From: Candidatus Latescibacterota bacterium
Lineage (GTDB): Bacteria > Latescibacterota > UBA2968 > GCA-2709665
NCBI GenBank assembly: GCA_963662665.2
Contig: CAXXJS010000028.1
Span: 32,001 to 96,000 of the forward strand
Length of the DNA: 64,000 bases
Direction of reading: 5' to 3'
Position 1 is the stretch's first letter. Every line of letters begins with the position of its first letter. The translations under genes and the position numbers were made by a program. Under the pieces are notes generated by a model that did not search any database, had not been told where the DNA came from, and saw only the letters and a list, made by a program, of their open reading frames with translations. Positions 1-10,149 of the stretch are shown piece after piece.

Positions 1-2046
1 CACCCGAAAGTGTCACCCGACGGCGGGATGTTGTCTTACATCCGATCGGACGGCAGATCGGACCGGAAACTCGTATCCGCCAGGCCCGGTGGCGGTGTCG
101 AATCGACTCTCGCCCGGGTCTGGGGGAGCAACTTCGATTTCACACCCGGCGGGGACGTCCTCCTGGCCCAGTTCGAGTTCGCCGGGCCATACCGGCGGTA
201 TAGTGACATCTACCGGGTGACCCGGGACGGCGTGATACAGCGGATGACCAACGGCGCGCGGCTGACCGCGCCTTCGGCCGGCCCCCGTAACCGGGCGGTT
301 GCCGTCTCGGAAGGAGAGGGCACGAACGGACTTGCCCGCGTCAATACCCTTACCGGCGCCATCGAGACCCTGGTTCGCCCCGATGCGGGCGTCTACGGGG
401 CGTTTCCGGCGGTGTCTCCCGATGGGAGGCGGATTGCGGCAACCCGCTGGAAGGGCGGGTACCACGACGTCGTCATCCTGGACGCTGACGGCAGCCTCGT
501 CAGGCGTGTCACCAATGACCGTGCCATTGACTTTGCCCCCGCCTGGAGCGCCGACGGGCGGTGGCTGGTATGGTCGTCCGACCGGACCGGTATCCTGAAT
601 GTTTTCGCCGCTCGGGTCGACAGTGGGCGGACAGAGCCGCCGGTCATGCTCACGAACGTCCGAACGGGCGCGGCGTGGCCCAGCGTGGACCCATTGGGGC
701 AATGGCTCTATTTCTCGGGGTATCACGTGGACGGCTGGGAGATCGAACGCATTCCGTTCAATCCGGCCGCCGCGCCGCCCGCGCCTCCATACCCCGCCGA
801 TTCAACGCGCACCGCGGCAGGCATGCTCGCGGCGGAAGTCGCGACGGCGGATAGAGGATCTCGCCCGCGCGCTGTCGGGCCGGTACGTGACTACTCACCG
901 GTTCCGACACTCCTTCCCCGTTACTGGCTCCCCTTCGGGACGGTATCTCTCTCCGGAGCCGGAACGGACGCAACGCCGCGGACGAAGGTCCTCGGTTCGT
1001 CAGTCGGCGCCCTCACCTCCGGTGTGGACCTCGTGGGACAACACGCCTACTACGTGGGGGCCAGGATATTTCTGCCCGCTGGAGGATATTCGGGAGGGAG
1101 GGGGGCGGGCTTTCTTTCGTATCGGTACTCCGGACTCGGTAACCCCACGCTGAACGTGTCGACGTCTCAGAACTGGGATGAGGATCGAGTCAGGATGGGG
1201 GGGCGGAACGGCGACGCCCCGGCCGACACCATCTTCATCCTTGAACGTGCGCGCCGGGCCGTCCTGTTGATGACCCTTGCGCGTCCGAGGGCGTGGAGCG
1301 CGGTTTCATTCACGCTTTCAGGCGGCCTGTTGCGGGAGGACCGGGAGGCGCTGGATACGGAACTCAGGCCGGCGGATCTGCCGAAATACGACAGCCCTCA
1401 CAGCACCCTGGGGGAAATTGCGGCGGGTTTCTCGGCCTCCACCGCCAGGTCGCACGCGTTTCAGATGGGCAATGCCGCCGGCGCGTCATTCTCCGTGCAG
1501 GCGACGCGGCGGTTCGACGTCACCAGGGAGTCTTTGGACGACCGTTCCGTGGATGCCGTCTCCGGCGACTTCAGGACCTACGCGAAACTGCCGGGAGGCG
1601 GATTCGCGGCGCCCGTGGTGGCGCTCAGGACAAGCGCGGGCGCGGCGCGTGGACCGGATAGCGGGAGGGGCTACTTCAAAGTCGGGGGCATCGCGCGGCG
1701 CCTGTTTCCCGTTCGGGGGTACGAACACACGCAAAGATCCGGGCGGCGCGCCTGGGCCGCCACGCTGGAGTTACGCCTGCCGGCCGCGCTGGTCAACCGT
1801 GCCCTCGGAACGCCGTTGTTGCACTTCGACCGCGCCTCTCTCACGCTCTTCGCCGACGCGGGCAACGCCTGGGGGCGGGATAACTCGCCGCAGGGCACGC
1901 CCGAACCGCTCTTGTCCGCCGGCGCCGAGTTCGTCTACGATTTCGGCATCCTCTACCTTCCATTCCGCTTCCTCGCCGGCGCAGGATACGGGTTCACAGA
2001 CCCGAAGGGCGCCGTTCCCTACCTCCGCCTTGGGACTTCGTTTTGA
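1..2046 (+). CDS. TolB/PD40 beta-propeller plus C-terminal Omp85/BamA-like surface-antigen domain protein (5' partial)
   Basis: Frame is open from base 1; PD40-like repeats (PAVSPDGRRIA, PAWSADGRWLVW, PSVDPLGQWLYF); C-terminal FPVRGY and LFADAGNAW motifs; terminal Phe (RLGTSF). Confidence 0.75.
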   Translation, partial: HPKVSPDGGMLSYIRSDGRSDRKLVSARPGGGVESTLARVWGSNFDFTPGGDVLLAQFEFAGPYRRYSDIYRVTRDGVIQRMTNGARLTAPSAGPRNRAVAVSEGEGTNGLARVNTLTGAIETLVRPDAGVYGAFPAVSPDGRRIAATRWKGGYHDVVILDADGSLVRRVTNDRAIDFAPAWSADGRWLVWSSDRTGILNVFAARVDSGRTEPPVMLTNVRTGAAWPSVDPLGQWLYFSGYHVDGWEIERIPFNPAAAPPAPPYPADSTRTAAGMLAAEVATADRGSRPRAVGPVRDYSPVPTLLPRYWLPFGTVSLSGAGTDATPRTKVLGSSVGALTSGVDLVGQHAYYVGARIFLPAGGYSGGRGAGFLSYRYSGLGNPTLNVSTSQNWDEDRVRMGGRNGDAPADTIFILERARRAVLLMTLARPRAWSAVSFTLSGGLLREDREALDTELRPADLPKYDSPHSTLGEIAAGFSASTARSHAFQMGNAAGASFSVQATRRFDVTRESLDDRSVDAVSGDFRTYAKLPGGGFAAPVVALRTSAGAARGPDSGRGYFKVGGIARRLFPVRGYEHTQRSGRRAWAATLELRLPAALVNRALGTPLLHFDRASLTLFADAGNAWGRDNSPQGTPEPLLSAGAEFVYDFGILYLPFRFLAGAGYGFTDPKGAVPYLRLGTSF

Positions 2047-2090
2047 ATCGGAATTAAACAAATACAATAGCGGGGATCTGGCGCCCGCAC

Positions 2091-2132
2091 ACAAAAACCC
2101 CCCGGAGATTACTCTTCCGGGGGTTTGTTTTG
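2091..2132. terminator. Bidirectional intrinsic terminator
   Basis: AAAAA-CCCCCCGGA...TCCGGGGG-TTTGTTTT hairpin between convergent genes. Confidence 0.7.
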
Positions 2133-2200
2133 CCGGCCCTGCAATTCTCAAACCCGCGCGCCGTGCTTAGATCATCTTCAAATCGACTCTACGGCAGCGA

Positions 2201-2458
2201 TTATCCGTGATCCACCTTGAGCGCATCCAGGTCGGCGTATTCATTCAGACCCGCTCCCGTACCTGCCCGCCGCATTGCCTCTTTGGTCTCGTCATTGGGA
2301 ATCCTTACCTCAAACGGCAAGCCGCCATACAAGGTAACTTGAGAGTAGAACAATGTGATCGCTTCTGTCGTGGATAGCCCCAGTTTTGAGAAAACCTCCT
2401 CGGCCTGGTGCTTCAACCGGGGTTCAACACGGGCCCGGATGAATTCCGTCTTTGCCAT
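2201..2458 (-). CDS. RelB/DinJ family antitoxin
   Basis: MAKTEFIRARVEPRLKHQAEEVFSKLGLSTTEAITLFYSQV...GLPFEVRIPNDETKEAM is the typical DinJ pattern; GGAGG RBS upstream of ATG 2458. Confidence 0.9.
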   Translation of the reverse strand: MAKTEFIRARVEPRLKHQAEEVFSKLGLSTTEAITLFYSQVTLYGGLPFEVRIPNDETKEAMRRAGTGAGLNEYADLDALKVDHG

Positions 2459-2480
2459 AGAAACCTCCGTATCTTCAAGA

Positions 2481-2500
2481 TGTATCACAAACGGGATACA
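2481..2500. promoter_or_regulatory. Inverted repeat, candidate antitoxin autoregulatory operator
   Basis: TGTATC-N8-GATACA just upstream of the antitoxin RBS. Confidence 0.5.
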
Positions 2501-2582
2501 AATGCAACCGCTTCTTGCACCCAGCCGGAAACCCGACCTCAAGTTATTCATTCGCGGGCGTTTGTCATATCCACGCTGATGT

Positions 2583-3707
2583 TTAGTCACCTGTGCAGGC
2601 CGTTTCGTAAGTCCACTCTCGCCCAAACCCCTGTTGTTTTGCAATTGACATTAGAGGTATCAAGGTCTTGTGATACGCAGATTTCAAATCTTCGCGGTCC
2701 AGCGTTTGGTCTGCACAAATGAAGAGGTCCGTAGTGTACGGCTCGACGACCTTTTTCCATTTTTCGTCGCTCATACTGTCCCGTGCGATGGAAAGCGAGG
2801 TACTTTGGGTTTCAGCCAAACCGTCAATGTATTTCTCACATGGGATTTGGTCACTTTTTTTACTGTTCGCGTAGGAATCAGCGGGTATCAGGTTCCATAA
2901 CTGATCGTGCGCGACGAATCTCCATGGCAGGAAGTGATCCAATTCATAACCACAATCCAGTTTTTTCCCTGTGTAAATACACCGGATATCTGATTCACTT
3001 ATAGCTATATCCCAATACCTTCGCTGGACATTGAGAGACGCCCTCCTATCCGGCGGGAGCAATTTTCGCGTTACAGCGGGAATACCTGGATTCCGCCGCT
3101 GCATATAATCCGCCCAATTCCATAATGCCCATCCCTCGACAATCGTCTGATTTTGTTTCAAATAAGCAACCCACTCCGGATGCAAAAGGATACATTCCTC
3201 AGAATTGTCGAAACGGAAGAGAGGACGTCGTACACAAAATCGCTCGGCAGCGAGATTGAAAACTTCCCGGTTCACCCGTTGATCTGGCATGCCTCTGGTT
3301 TCTCCGGCAAAAAACGGCCGCAAAATCCGGTGGGGAACATAGCGCATCAATTCGTAATCCAGCACCTCATCACAACTGGCAAGGAGTTTGCGCAGTTTCT
3401 GACGCCCGGATTTGGGCAGCAGCTTTCGTTCATCATCGATTTGGGGAATCGATCGCAAAGCTGAGGCGATTTTATCCTGAGTGCCGAATGACAACTTGAA
3501 AAAAACATGAGGATACCATGCAGTAACCAGCATCTCAACTTCTATATCCCTCAATAGAATGCCGTCACCAGTCTCAAAACGCCTGTCCTTTAACAAAGTC
3601 AGCAACGCGAAGAAAAATAGATATTTGTATGAATTTGTCGTATGCCTGAACAAACCGCTCAGAGTTGCGATATCCAATCGATCGGAATGTGGTAATTGTT
3701 GATTCAT
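2583..3707 (-). CDS. HNH endonuclease domain protein (putative restriction/defence nuclease)
   Basis: C-terminal CIYTG...ELDHFLPW...HDQLWNLIPA...NSKKSD HNH motif; N-terminal TTNSYKYLFFFALL; visibly lower GC than flanks. Confidence 0.8.
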   Translation of the reverse strand: MNQQLPHSDRLDIATLSGLFRHTTNSYKYLFFFALLTLLKDRRFETGDGILLRDIEVEMLVTAWYPHVFFKLSFGTQDKIASALRSIPQIDDERKLLPKSGRQKLRKLLASCDEVLDYELMRYVPHRILRPFFAGETRGMPDQRVNREVFNLAAERFCVRRPLFRFDNSEECILLHPEWVAYLKQNQTIVEGWALWNWADYMQRRNPGIPAVTRKLLPPDRRASLNVQRRYWDIAISESDIRCIYTGKKLDCGYELDHFLPWRFVAHDQLWNLIPADSYANSKKSDQIPCEKYIDGLAETQSTSLSIARDSMSDEKWKKVVEPYTTDLFICADQTLDREDLKSAYHKTLIPLMSIAKQQGFGREWTYETACTGD

Positions 3708-4088
3708 TAAGGATCAATCCGATCGGTGAACGGATGGATTATTTGGAACTGAGCAGAAACAATGGGATTTGGCGCACCACGATACCGATGGCGCGTGGTG
3801 TACAAAGGCGTCGTGAATGTCGCAAAATGCGACGTACCGTTCTATCGTACGTTGCGGCATTGTCGTTGTCAATGTGAATCCATATGGGAAAACTGGCGCC
3901 CCTGCACACCTGTAATCAGGGATTCTTTTTTGTTCCGGGCGGAGGTTTACGGTATATTTATCTCTTTCGGATTCGGCAAGCCTGCACCGACCCTTCGACA
4001 GGCACAGGGAGCGGTGCAGGATTCAGTCGCATTTCCTGGATGATTTCGGAGCGGGAGCTTTTCTTCTGTCTCCTTTCCGGGAGAAGGA

Positions 4089-4354
4089 TAGCGACGTGGG
4101 CAGACAGGAATGTCCGCCCCGCCTTCACACCGGCTTTCTCAGGATGACAGTTCAAGCGTGCGTGTCCTGGGTACATCTGACCGAGAGTTGTCGAACAACA
4201 TGTCATTCTGAGCGAAGTCGAAGAATCTCCCGTCTAGTCAATTATCCTCAACGCAGAAACACACGTAAACACATCTGCGCGGAGACATCTTAAGCTCGAC
4301 GGCCTTTAGCGACATGGGCAGACAGGAATGTCTGCCCCACCTTCACACCGGCTT
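4089..4354 (-). repeat. Two 48-bp direct repeats containing a REP-like palindrome
   Basis: 4089-4136 and 4307-4354 differ at 3 positions; second copy reads GTGGGGCAGACATTCCTGTCTGCCC on - (GTRG + hairpin). Confidence 0.8.
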
Positions 4355-4439
4355 CCTTAGTGTGTGAATACACGTGTGCCGGATGCCGGGGCTGATCGAT
4401 GATCCTGTAACTATGGAGAATTGGAGGGATGTTTCGACC

Positions 4440-5699
4440 ATGTCCGACCTGATACCGCTTCATGGGGGGCTGTCCGCGCCCGTTTGCCGCATGGTTCCGG
4501 CCCACGAGAGGGACGTTTTCCGCGAGAATGCATCGAAGCTGGTCCGCGTTCCGGTAAGCGACGCCGATCTGTCCACGGTCTACCGTTTCGGAGACGGGGG
4601 GCTGAGTCCGCTCACCGGTCCGATGAATTCGGAGACCTGGCACAGAGTACTGGAAGATAGTGTCATCAATTTCAATGGGAAGCCGTATGCCTGGACCATT
4701 CCATTGGCCTTGCCGATCGGGAGCGATCTGGCCGGGCAACTCGAGGTCGGGCAGACGGTTGCCCTCGTGCGTCAGGACGGGGGAATTGTGGGCAGCCTTG
4801 ATATCAGCGATGTTTTTCTCTGGGACAAGCTGGCCTATCTGAAGAGCGTCTACCTCACCGAACGGACCGACCATCCCGGCGCGGATATGGTACTGAACGC
4901 AGACGCCGACAAGACCCATCTTCTGGGAGGGGAAATCAGGGTGTTGCCGCAACCGAGGCACCCCGCGTTCGGTCGCTATATGCACACACCAGCCGAGGTC
5001 CGTCGTCTCCTTTCCGAAACGGGTTGGCAGCGGGTGGTTGCGTTCCAGACCCGGAACCCGCTGCACCGCGCGCACGAATACGCCCTGGTATACGGTCTGG
5101 AAACGCTGATTCGGCAGGGGATAAACGCGGGCGCCTGTCTGAACCCCCTGGTGGGAGAAACCAAGTCGGACGACGTCAACGCGGAAATCCGGATGCGGAC
5201 CTACGAGGCGTTGATCGAGTCCCGCGGTCTGGGGGAGGGGGACAGCGATGCCGAATTGTGGGAGCCCAGGGGCGAAGCCGTGCCGGACAGGGTGATTCTC
5301 ATCGGGCTGGATATCAAGATGTTTTACGCCGGCCCCAAAGAGGCGGTTATGCACGGGATATACCGCCAGAACTTCGGTTTTACCGATATCATCATCGGCC
5401 GAAAACACGCCGATGCGCCGTTTCACGACGGCAGTCCGATCTGGGGAGATTTCGACGCCCAGGAGGTGTTCCAACAGCTGAACGGAAGCCTTGAGATCCG
5501 GCCCCTGAACGTGGGTTTCGCGGCGTTCTACGAGTCGTTGGGACGGGTGGACCTGATGGAGAACCATCCCCAAGAGCAGCCCGTGTTCATTTCAGGAAAA
5601 CAGGTGCGGGAGATGCTTCTGAAAGGGGAGGCGGTGGATCCGCGGATTATGAGGCCCGGCACTTCCGTGATTCTGAGCGAGGCGATGGCGGGAAATTGA
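4440..5699 (+). CDS. sat: Sulfate adenylyltransferase (ATP sulfurylase)
   Basis: PLHGG N-terminus, [52 protein letters not shown] motifs; GGAGG RBS. Confidence 0.95.
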   Translation: MSDLIPLHGGLSAPVCRMVPAHERDVFRENASKLVRVPVSDADLSTVYRFGDGGLSPLTGPMNSETWHRVLEDSVINFNGKPYAWTIPLALPIGSDLAGQLEVGQTVALVRQDGGIVGSLDISDVFLWDKLAYLKSVYLTERTDHPGADMVLNADADKTHLLGGEIRVLPQPRHPAFGRYMHTPAEVRRLLSETGWQRVVAFQTRNPLHRAHEYALVYGLETLIRQGINAGACLNPLVGETKSDDVNAEIRMRTYEALIESRGLGEGDSDAELWEPRGEAVPDRVILIGLDIKMFYAGPKEAVMHGIYRQNFGFTDIIIGRKHADAPFHDGSPIWGDFDAQEVFQQLNGSLEIRPLNVGFAAFYESLGRVDLMENHPQEQPVFISGKQVREMLLKGEAVDPRIMRPGTSVILSEAMAGN

Positions 5700-5765
5700 G
5701 ATCCGGCGAACGCGCCCGCATCCTTGCTCGCCATTCCAGGCGGCATTGAATTTCGGGGAATGCCC

Positions 5766-5794
5766 TTGACAACAATGGGCTGATAGGATAAATT
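5766..5794 (+). promoter_or_regulatory. Sigma70-type promoter of clpP
   Basis: TTGACA-17bp-TAAATT. Confidence 0.6.
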
Positions 5795-5862
5795 GAGCGG
5801 GCTTTGGAAGCCGGCAAACCGGTTGTCATTTCACGCGTTTTTTGTGGGAAGAAGGGGATGCG

Positions 5863-6480
5863 ATGTACGAGTTCCTGTTGGACGAAGATCCGGAGGAAGA
5901 AGAGGAGGAGGAAGCGCAGCGGGAGGGTCATGGCGAGTTCATCGTCAGAAACCTGATCAGGGCGCGCACCATTCTGATCTCTGATCCGATCGACCATAAG
6001 CTGACAACCCGGGTAATTGCCCAGTTGTTGCTGATGGACAGCGCCGACCCGGATAAACCGATCAGAATCCTGATCAACTCGCCGGGGGGCAGCGCGGACG
6101 ACGGCTTCGCCATCTACGACATGATTCGCTTTGTCCGTCCGCCCGTTAATATTGTCAGTGTCGGTTTGTCTGCCAGCGCGGCCACGGTCATCATGCTGGC
6201 CGCGGAAAAAGCAGACCGATTCGCGCTGCCGAACGCGCGAATTATGATCCATCAGCCTTCGATGCGGTATATGGGTGTCGCGGAAGACGTAAAACGCACC
6301 GCGGAACAGATTCTCAAGCTGCGGGAGAGGATCAATGAACTGTACGCCCGGGAGACCGGACAACCACTGGACAAAGTGGTTGAAGACACGGACCGGGACT
6401 ACTGGATGTCTGCACAGGAAGCGGTGGAATACGGACTGATCAGCAGGGTTGTAACGCATTTCAACGAACTTGACGTGTAG
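5863..6480 (+). CDS. clpP: ATP-dependent Clp protease proteolytic subunit
   Basis: INSPGGS, GLSASAA (catalytic Ser), RIMIHQP (His), DRDYWMSAQEAVEYGLI (Asp). Confidence 0.93.
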   Translation: MYEFLLDEDPEEEEEEEAQREGHGEFIVRNLIRARTILISDPIDHKLTTRVIAQLLLMDSADPDKPIRILINSPGGSADDGFAIYDMIRFVRPPVNIVSVGLSASAATVIMLAAEKADRFALPNARIMIHQPSMRYMGVAEDVKRTAEQILKLRERINELYARETGQPLDKVVEDTDRDYWMSAQEAVEYGLISRVVTHFNELDV

Positions 6481-6596
6481 TGACGCGATGGTTTCGCGAT
6501 TCGGCAGGGGCACAGAACGTGGTGCCCCTGCTTTCTTTAATTGGGGGCGTCTGTAGGGCGCCACGCGCCCCTGCGCCACTGAACCGGGAACCCTGA

Positions 6597-7628
6597 ATGT
6601 CCCGAACCGACCGTTTTCTGAAAGCCTGCCGCCGCGAGCCGGTGGACGCCACGCCGGTCTGGCTGATGCGCCAGGCGGGCCGGTATATGCCCGCGTACCG
6701 GAAGCTGAAGGAAAAATACGCCTTTCTGGAAATGGTGAAGACGCCGGATATCGCCACCGAGATCACGTTACAGCCCGTAAATGCGTTCAACGTGGACGCG
6801 GCCATCGTCTTCCAGGACATACTGCCGATCCTGGAGCCGATGGGCCTGCAACTGGAATACGTGGGGGGCGAGGGGCCCGTGATTCACAACCCGGTACGCA
6901 CACCCGCGGACGTGGACGCCCTCACCATTCGCCCCGCGGCCGAAGCCATGGATTTCGCCGCAACCGCCATCCGCCAGGTCAGGCGAGCGCTGGGCGACAG
7001 AGTTCCGCTCATCGGGTTTTCCGGGGCGCCGTTTACGCTGGTCTGTTACGCGGTGGAAGGAGGCGCTTCACGCGACTTCCGGATTGCCAAGGGCCTTATG
7101 TACGGACAGCCGGAGACCTGGCGGCGCCTTATGGAAAAAATGGCCGCGGCCGTAGGAGACTATCTTCAGACCCAGGCGGCGGCGGGGGCCCAGGCGCTGC
7201 AGTTGTTCGACAGCTGGGTGGGCGCGTTGAGCCCTGCCGATTACGAAGAGTACGTGCTGCCGCACACCCGGCGGGCGATTGAGACGGTCAGGGAGAAGCA
7301 CGACCTGCCCGTGGTCCATTTCGGTACGGGCACGTCCGGTATGCTGCCGCTCCTGAAACGGGCGGGCGGGGACGTGGTCGGGGTGGACTGGCGGATCGAA
7401 CTCAATGAGGCGTGGGACCGGTTAGGGGCGGACGTGGCGGTGCAGGGGAATCTGGATCCCACGGTGCTTTTTGCGACGGTACCGGAAATCGAACGGCAGG
7501 CCGCCCGGATCCTGGACGGCGTCCGGGGCCGGCCCGGGCATATTTTCAATCTCGGCCACGGCATCCTGCAGCACACCCCGGTTGAAAACGTGGCCGCGCT
7601 GGTCGAATTCGTACACGCTTACGGATAG
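6597..7628 (+). CDS. hemE: Uroporphyrinogen decarboxylase
   Basis: PVWLMRQAGRY, LIGFSGAPFTL, QLFDSW, QGNLDP, IFNLGHG motifs. Confidence 0.97.
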   Translation: MSRTDRFLKACRREPVDATPVWLMRQAGRYMPAYRKLKEKYAFLEMVKTPDIATEITLQPVNAFNVDAAIVFQDILPILEPMGLQLEYVGGEGPVIHNPVRTPADVDALTIRPAAEAMDFAATAIRQVRRALGDRVPLIGFSGAPFTLVCYAVEGGASRDFRIAKGLMYGQPETWRRLMEKMAAAVGDYLQTQAAAGAQALQLFDSWVGALSPADYEEYVLPHTRRAIETVREKHDLPVVHFGTGTSGMLPLLKRAGGDVVGVDWRIELNEAWDRLGADVAVQGNLDPTVLFATVPEIERQAARILDGVRGRPGHIFNLGHGILQHTPVENVAALVEFVHAYG

Positions 7629-7634
7629 GTGACC

Positions 7635-8570
7635 ATGAAGAAGAAGGCCGTTTTGATGCTCGCCTACGGCAGTCCGGATTCGCTGGACGACATGGAAGCT
7701 TACCTGAACGATATCCGGGGCGGGCGCCCGATGTCTGGGGAATTCGTGGCGGAATTCAAGGGCCGGTACGCACGGATCGGCGGCAGGTCTCCGCTCAACG
7801 ACAACACCTTTGAACAGGCGGCGTGTGCCCAGCGTTCGTTGAGGGCCCGCGGGCAAGACGTGCGCGTTTACGTTGGCATGCGCCACTGGTCTCCATGGAT
7901 AAATGACACGGTGCGTCGGATGTCCGAAGATGGCGTTGAAGAGGCGGTTGCCATTGTGATGGCCCCGCACTACTCCCGTCTGAGTATCGGCAAGTACAGG
8001 GAGGCCGTGAATCTCGCAAACGAATCGGGTGGAAACAGGGTTCTGTTTTCCTTCGTGGATTCCTGGTGGCGGCAACCCGCGTTGCTGGACGCGCAGGAGG
8101 CTCACGTTCGTGCAGGGCTGAAGGCGTTTTCGCGCGAGGATCGAAAACACGTGAAAACCGTCTTCACCGCGCATAGCCTCCCGGAGCGGCTGTTGAAGAT
8201 GGGCGATCCATACGACGACGAACTGAAGAGCAACGCGAGAGCGGTGGCGGCACGCCTTGGCGACGTGGACTGGATGTTTTCCTATCAGAGCGCCGCGCAC
8301 ACGGGAGAGCCGTGGCTGGGCCCTCAGATCGAAGACGTGATCCCGGATCTGGCCGATGAAGGATACCGGCACGTGCTTGTTGCGCCCATCGGGTTTGTCT
8401 GCGACCACGTGGAGATCCTGTACGATATCGATATCGGACTTCAGGAAATTGCGAAGGCGCGGGGGGTGAACGTGAAGCGTATCGCGTCCATGAACAACGA
8501 CCCCACGTTCATCGATGCGGTGGTCGACGCGGTGGAAGGGAAGCTGAACAGTGTCCTGTCCCAAAAATAA
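7635..8570 (+). CDS. hemH: Ferrochelatase (probably coproporphyrin ferrochelatase, CpfC-type)
   Basis: LMLAYGSP, GMRHWSP, MAPHYS, FTAHSLP, YQS..GEPWLGP, PIGFVCDHVEILYDID. Confidence 0.93.
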   Translation: MKKKAVLMLAYGSPDSLDDMEAYLNDIRGGRPMSGEFVAEFKGRYARIGGRSPLNDNTFEQAACAQRSLRARGQDVRVYVGMRHWSPWINDTVRRMSEDGVEEAVAIVMAPHYSRLSIGKYREAVNLANESGGNRVLFSFVDSWWRQPALLDAQEAHVRAGLKAFSREDRKHVKTVFTAHSLPERLLKMGDPYDDELKSNARAVAARLGDVDWMFSYQSAAHTGEPWLGPQIEDVIPDLADEGYRHVLVAPIGFVCDHVEILYDIDIGLQEIAKARGVNVKRIASMNNDPTFIDAVVDAVEGKLNSVLSQK

Positions 8571-8735
8571 GTTGCCTAAATTCGGCCGTCGAGTCGCCCG
8601 GCTCGCAAGGCGACTCCGACCTGGGCAGGTCGGCGAGCGATGGCAACGTGGCGAGACGGGATGAATCGGCGGCCGAATGGTGAGGTATTTTTGGGACAGG
8701 ACACCAGGCTCCCAACGCCACAATGAGGTGCCGAA

Positions 8736-10130
8736 ATGCACGTGACCATCGCTGGCGGAGGAATCGCCGGATTGGCAACGGCCTTTTATCTGCAGGAGAA
8801 GGCCGATGCGCACGGGATGGATGTGAATTATACGCTGGTGGAGGCCACGGGGCGATGGGGCGGGGAAATCCTGACCGAGCGAATCAACGGGTTCACCATT
8901 GAAGGTGGACCCGATTTGCTTTTAACGCGAAAACCGTGGGGCATCGGGCTCTGCCTGGACCTGGGTCTCGAGGATCGTCTGATTGCGCCGAACGAGGAAC
9001 GGCGGAAGACCTTCCTGGCGCAGGGGCGCAAACTGGTTCCGTTTCCCGAAGACTTCACGCTGGCGCCAACAACGTTCAGGTCCGTTGTCCGCTCCCCGCT
9101 CTTCTCCGCCCGCGGCAAGCTGCGAATGGGGATGGAAAGGTTTGTACCGCCCCGTACAACGACGGAAGATGAGAGTCTGGCGTCGTTTGTCCGACGGCGG
9201 CTGGGGCAGGAGGCCCTGGCCAAGATAGGGGGGCCGATGCTGGCGGGCATCCACGGGGCGGACCCGGAGCGGCTCAGCCTGCAGGCCACCTTTCCGCAGT
9301 TCGCGGATATGGAGCGCAAGTACGGCAGCCTGGTCAGGGCGGTTCGGGCCGCCAGGAAACACCGTCCGGATTCGGGTGACGCAGTGCACGCGCCACCTAT
9401 GTTTCAGACCCTGGTTGGAGGGCTCGGGGAACTGGTCGAGGCGCTCGTGAAACGATTGCAAGGCGACCTGCGTACGAACTGTCCGTTAACGGGCCTGGCG
9501 AGGCTACAGCGTGGATTCGAGGTATCGCTCGGCCGGGACTCGCTGAAAACCGACGCGGTGGTACTGGCCGCACCCGCGTTTGCGGTGGCCGATCTGCTGG
9601 AGGGTATCGCGCCCCGGCTGTCGGTCGAACTCCTCCGGATCCGTTACGCTTCCTCCGGAACGGTAGCGCTGGCATACCGGAAGGAGGACTTACAGGACCA
9701 GCATGACCTTGACGGGTTCGGGTTCCTGGTTCCCAAATCGGAGGATCGCCGGATCACGGGGTGCACCTGGGTGTCATCCAAACTTGGCCACCGGGCGCCG
9801 GATGACGGGGTGCTGATCAGGGGATTCGTTGGCGGACACGCGCGGGAAGAGGTGGTTGAGTTGCCAGACGATATGCTTGTACAGGCTGTGAGGGAAGACC
9901 TTGCACACGTGATGGGGCTGACCGCAAAGCCGTTGTTCTCCCGGATTCACCGCTGGCGAAAGGGCCGGCCGCAGTTCGACGTGGGACACCTGGACCGGGT
10001 GGCGAAGATGGAATCGCTTGCCGATGGGTATCCCGGCCTGCACCTGACCGGCAGCGCCTATCGGGGCTCCTCTGTACCCGACTGTATCAGACAGGCAATG
10101 GAAACCGCAGACCGGATTCTGGGTCTGTAA
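8736..10130 (+). CDS. hemY: HemY-family proto/coproporphyrinogen oxidase
   Basis: [13 protein letters not shown] motif, [45 protein letters not shown]. Confidence 0.92.
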   Translation: MHVTIAGGGIAGLATAFYLQEKADAHGMDVNYTLVEATGRWGGEILTERINGFTIEGGPDLLLTRKPWGIGLCLDLGLEDRLIAPNEERRKTFLAQGRKLVPFPEDFTLAPTTFRSVVRSPLFSARGKLRMGMERFVPPRTTTEDESLASFVRRRLGQEALAKIGGPMLAGIHGADPERLSLQATFPQFADMERKYGSLVRAVRAARKHRPDSGDAVHAPPMFQTLVGGLGELVEALVKRLQGDLRTNCPLTGLARLQRGFEVSLGRDSLKTDAVVLAAPAFAVADLLEGIAPRLSVELLRIRYASSGTVALAYRKEDLQDQHDLDGFGFLVPKSEDRRITGCTWVSSKLGHRAPDDGVLIRGFVGGHAREEVVELPDDMLVQAVREDLAHVMGLTAKPLFSRIHRWRKGRPQFDVGHLDRVAKMESLADGYPGLHLTGSAYRGSSVPDCIRQAMETADRILGL

Positions 10131-10149
10131 CGCCCGCCGGACATGCGAC

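Noticed and set aside
4089-4354. Possible CRISPR array from the 48-bp direct repeats
   Set aside because: Only two copies, ~170 bp apart, REP-like, and no cas genes
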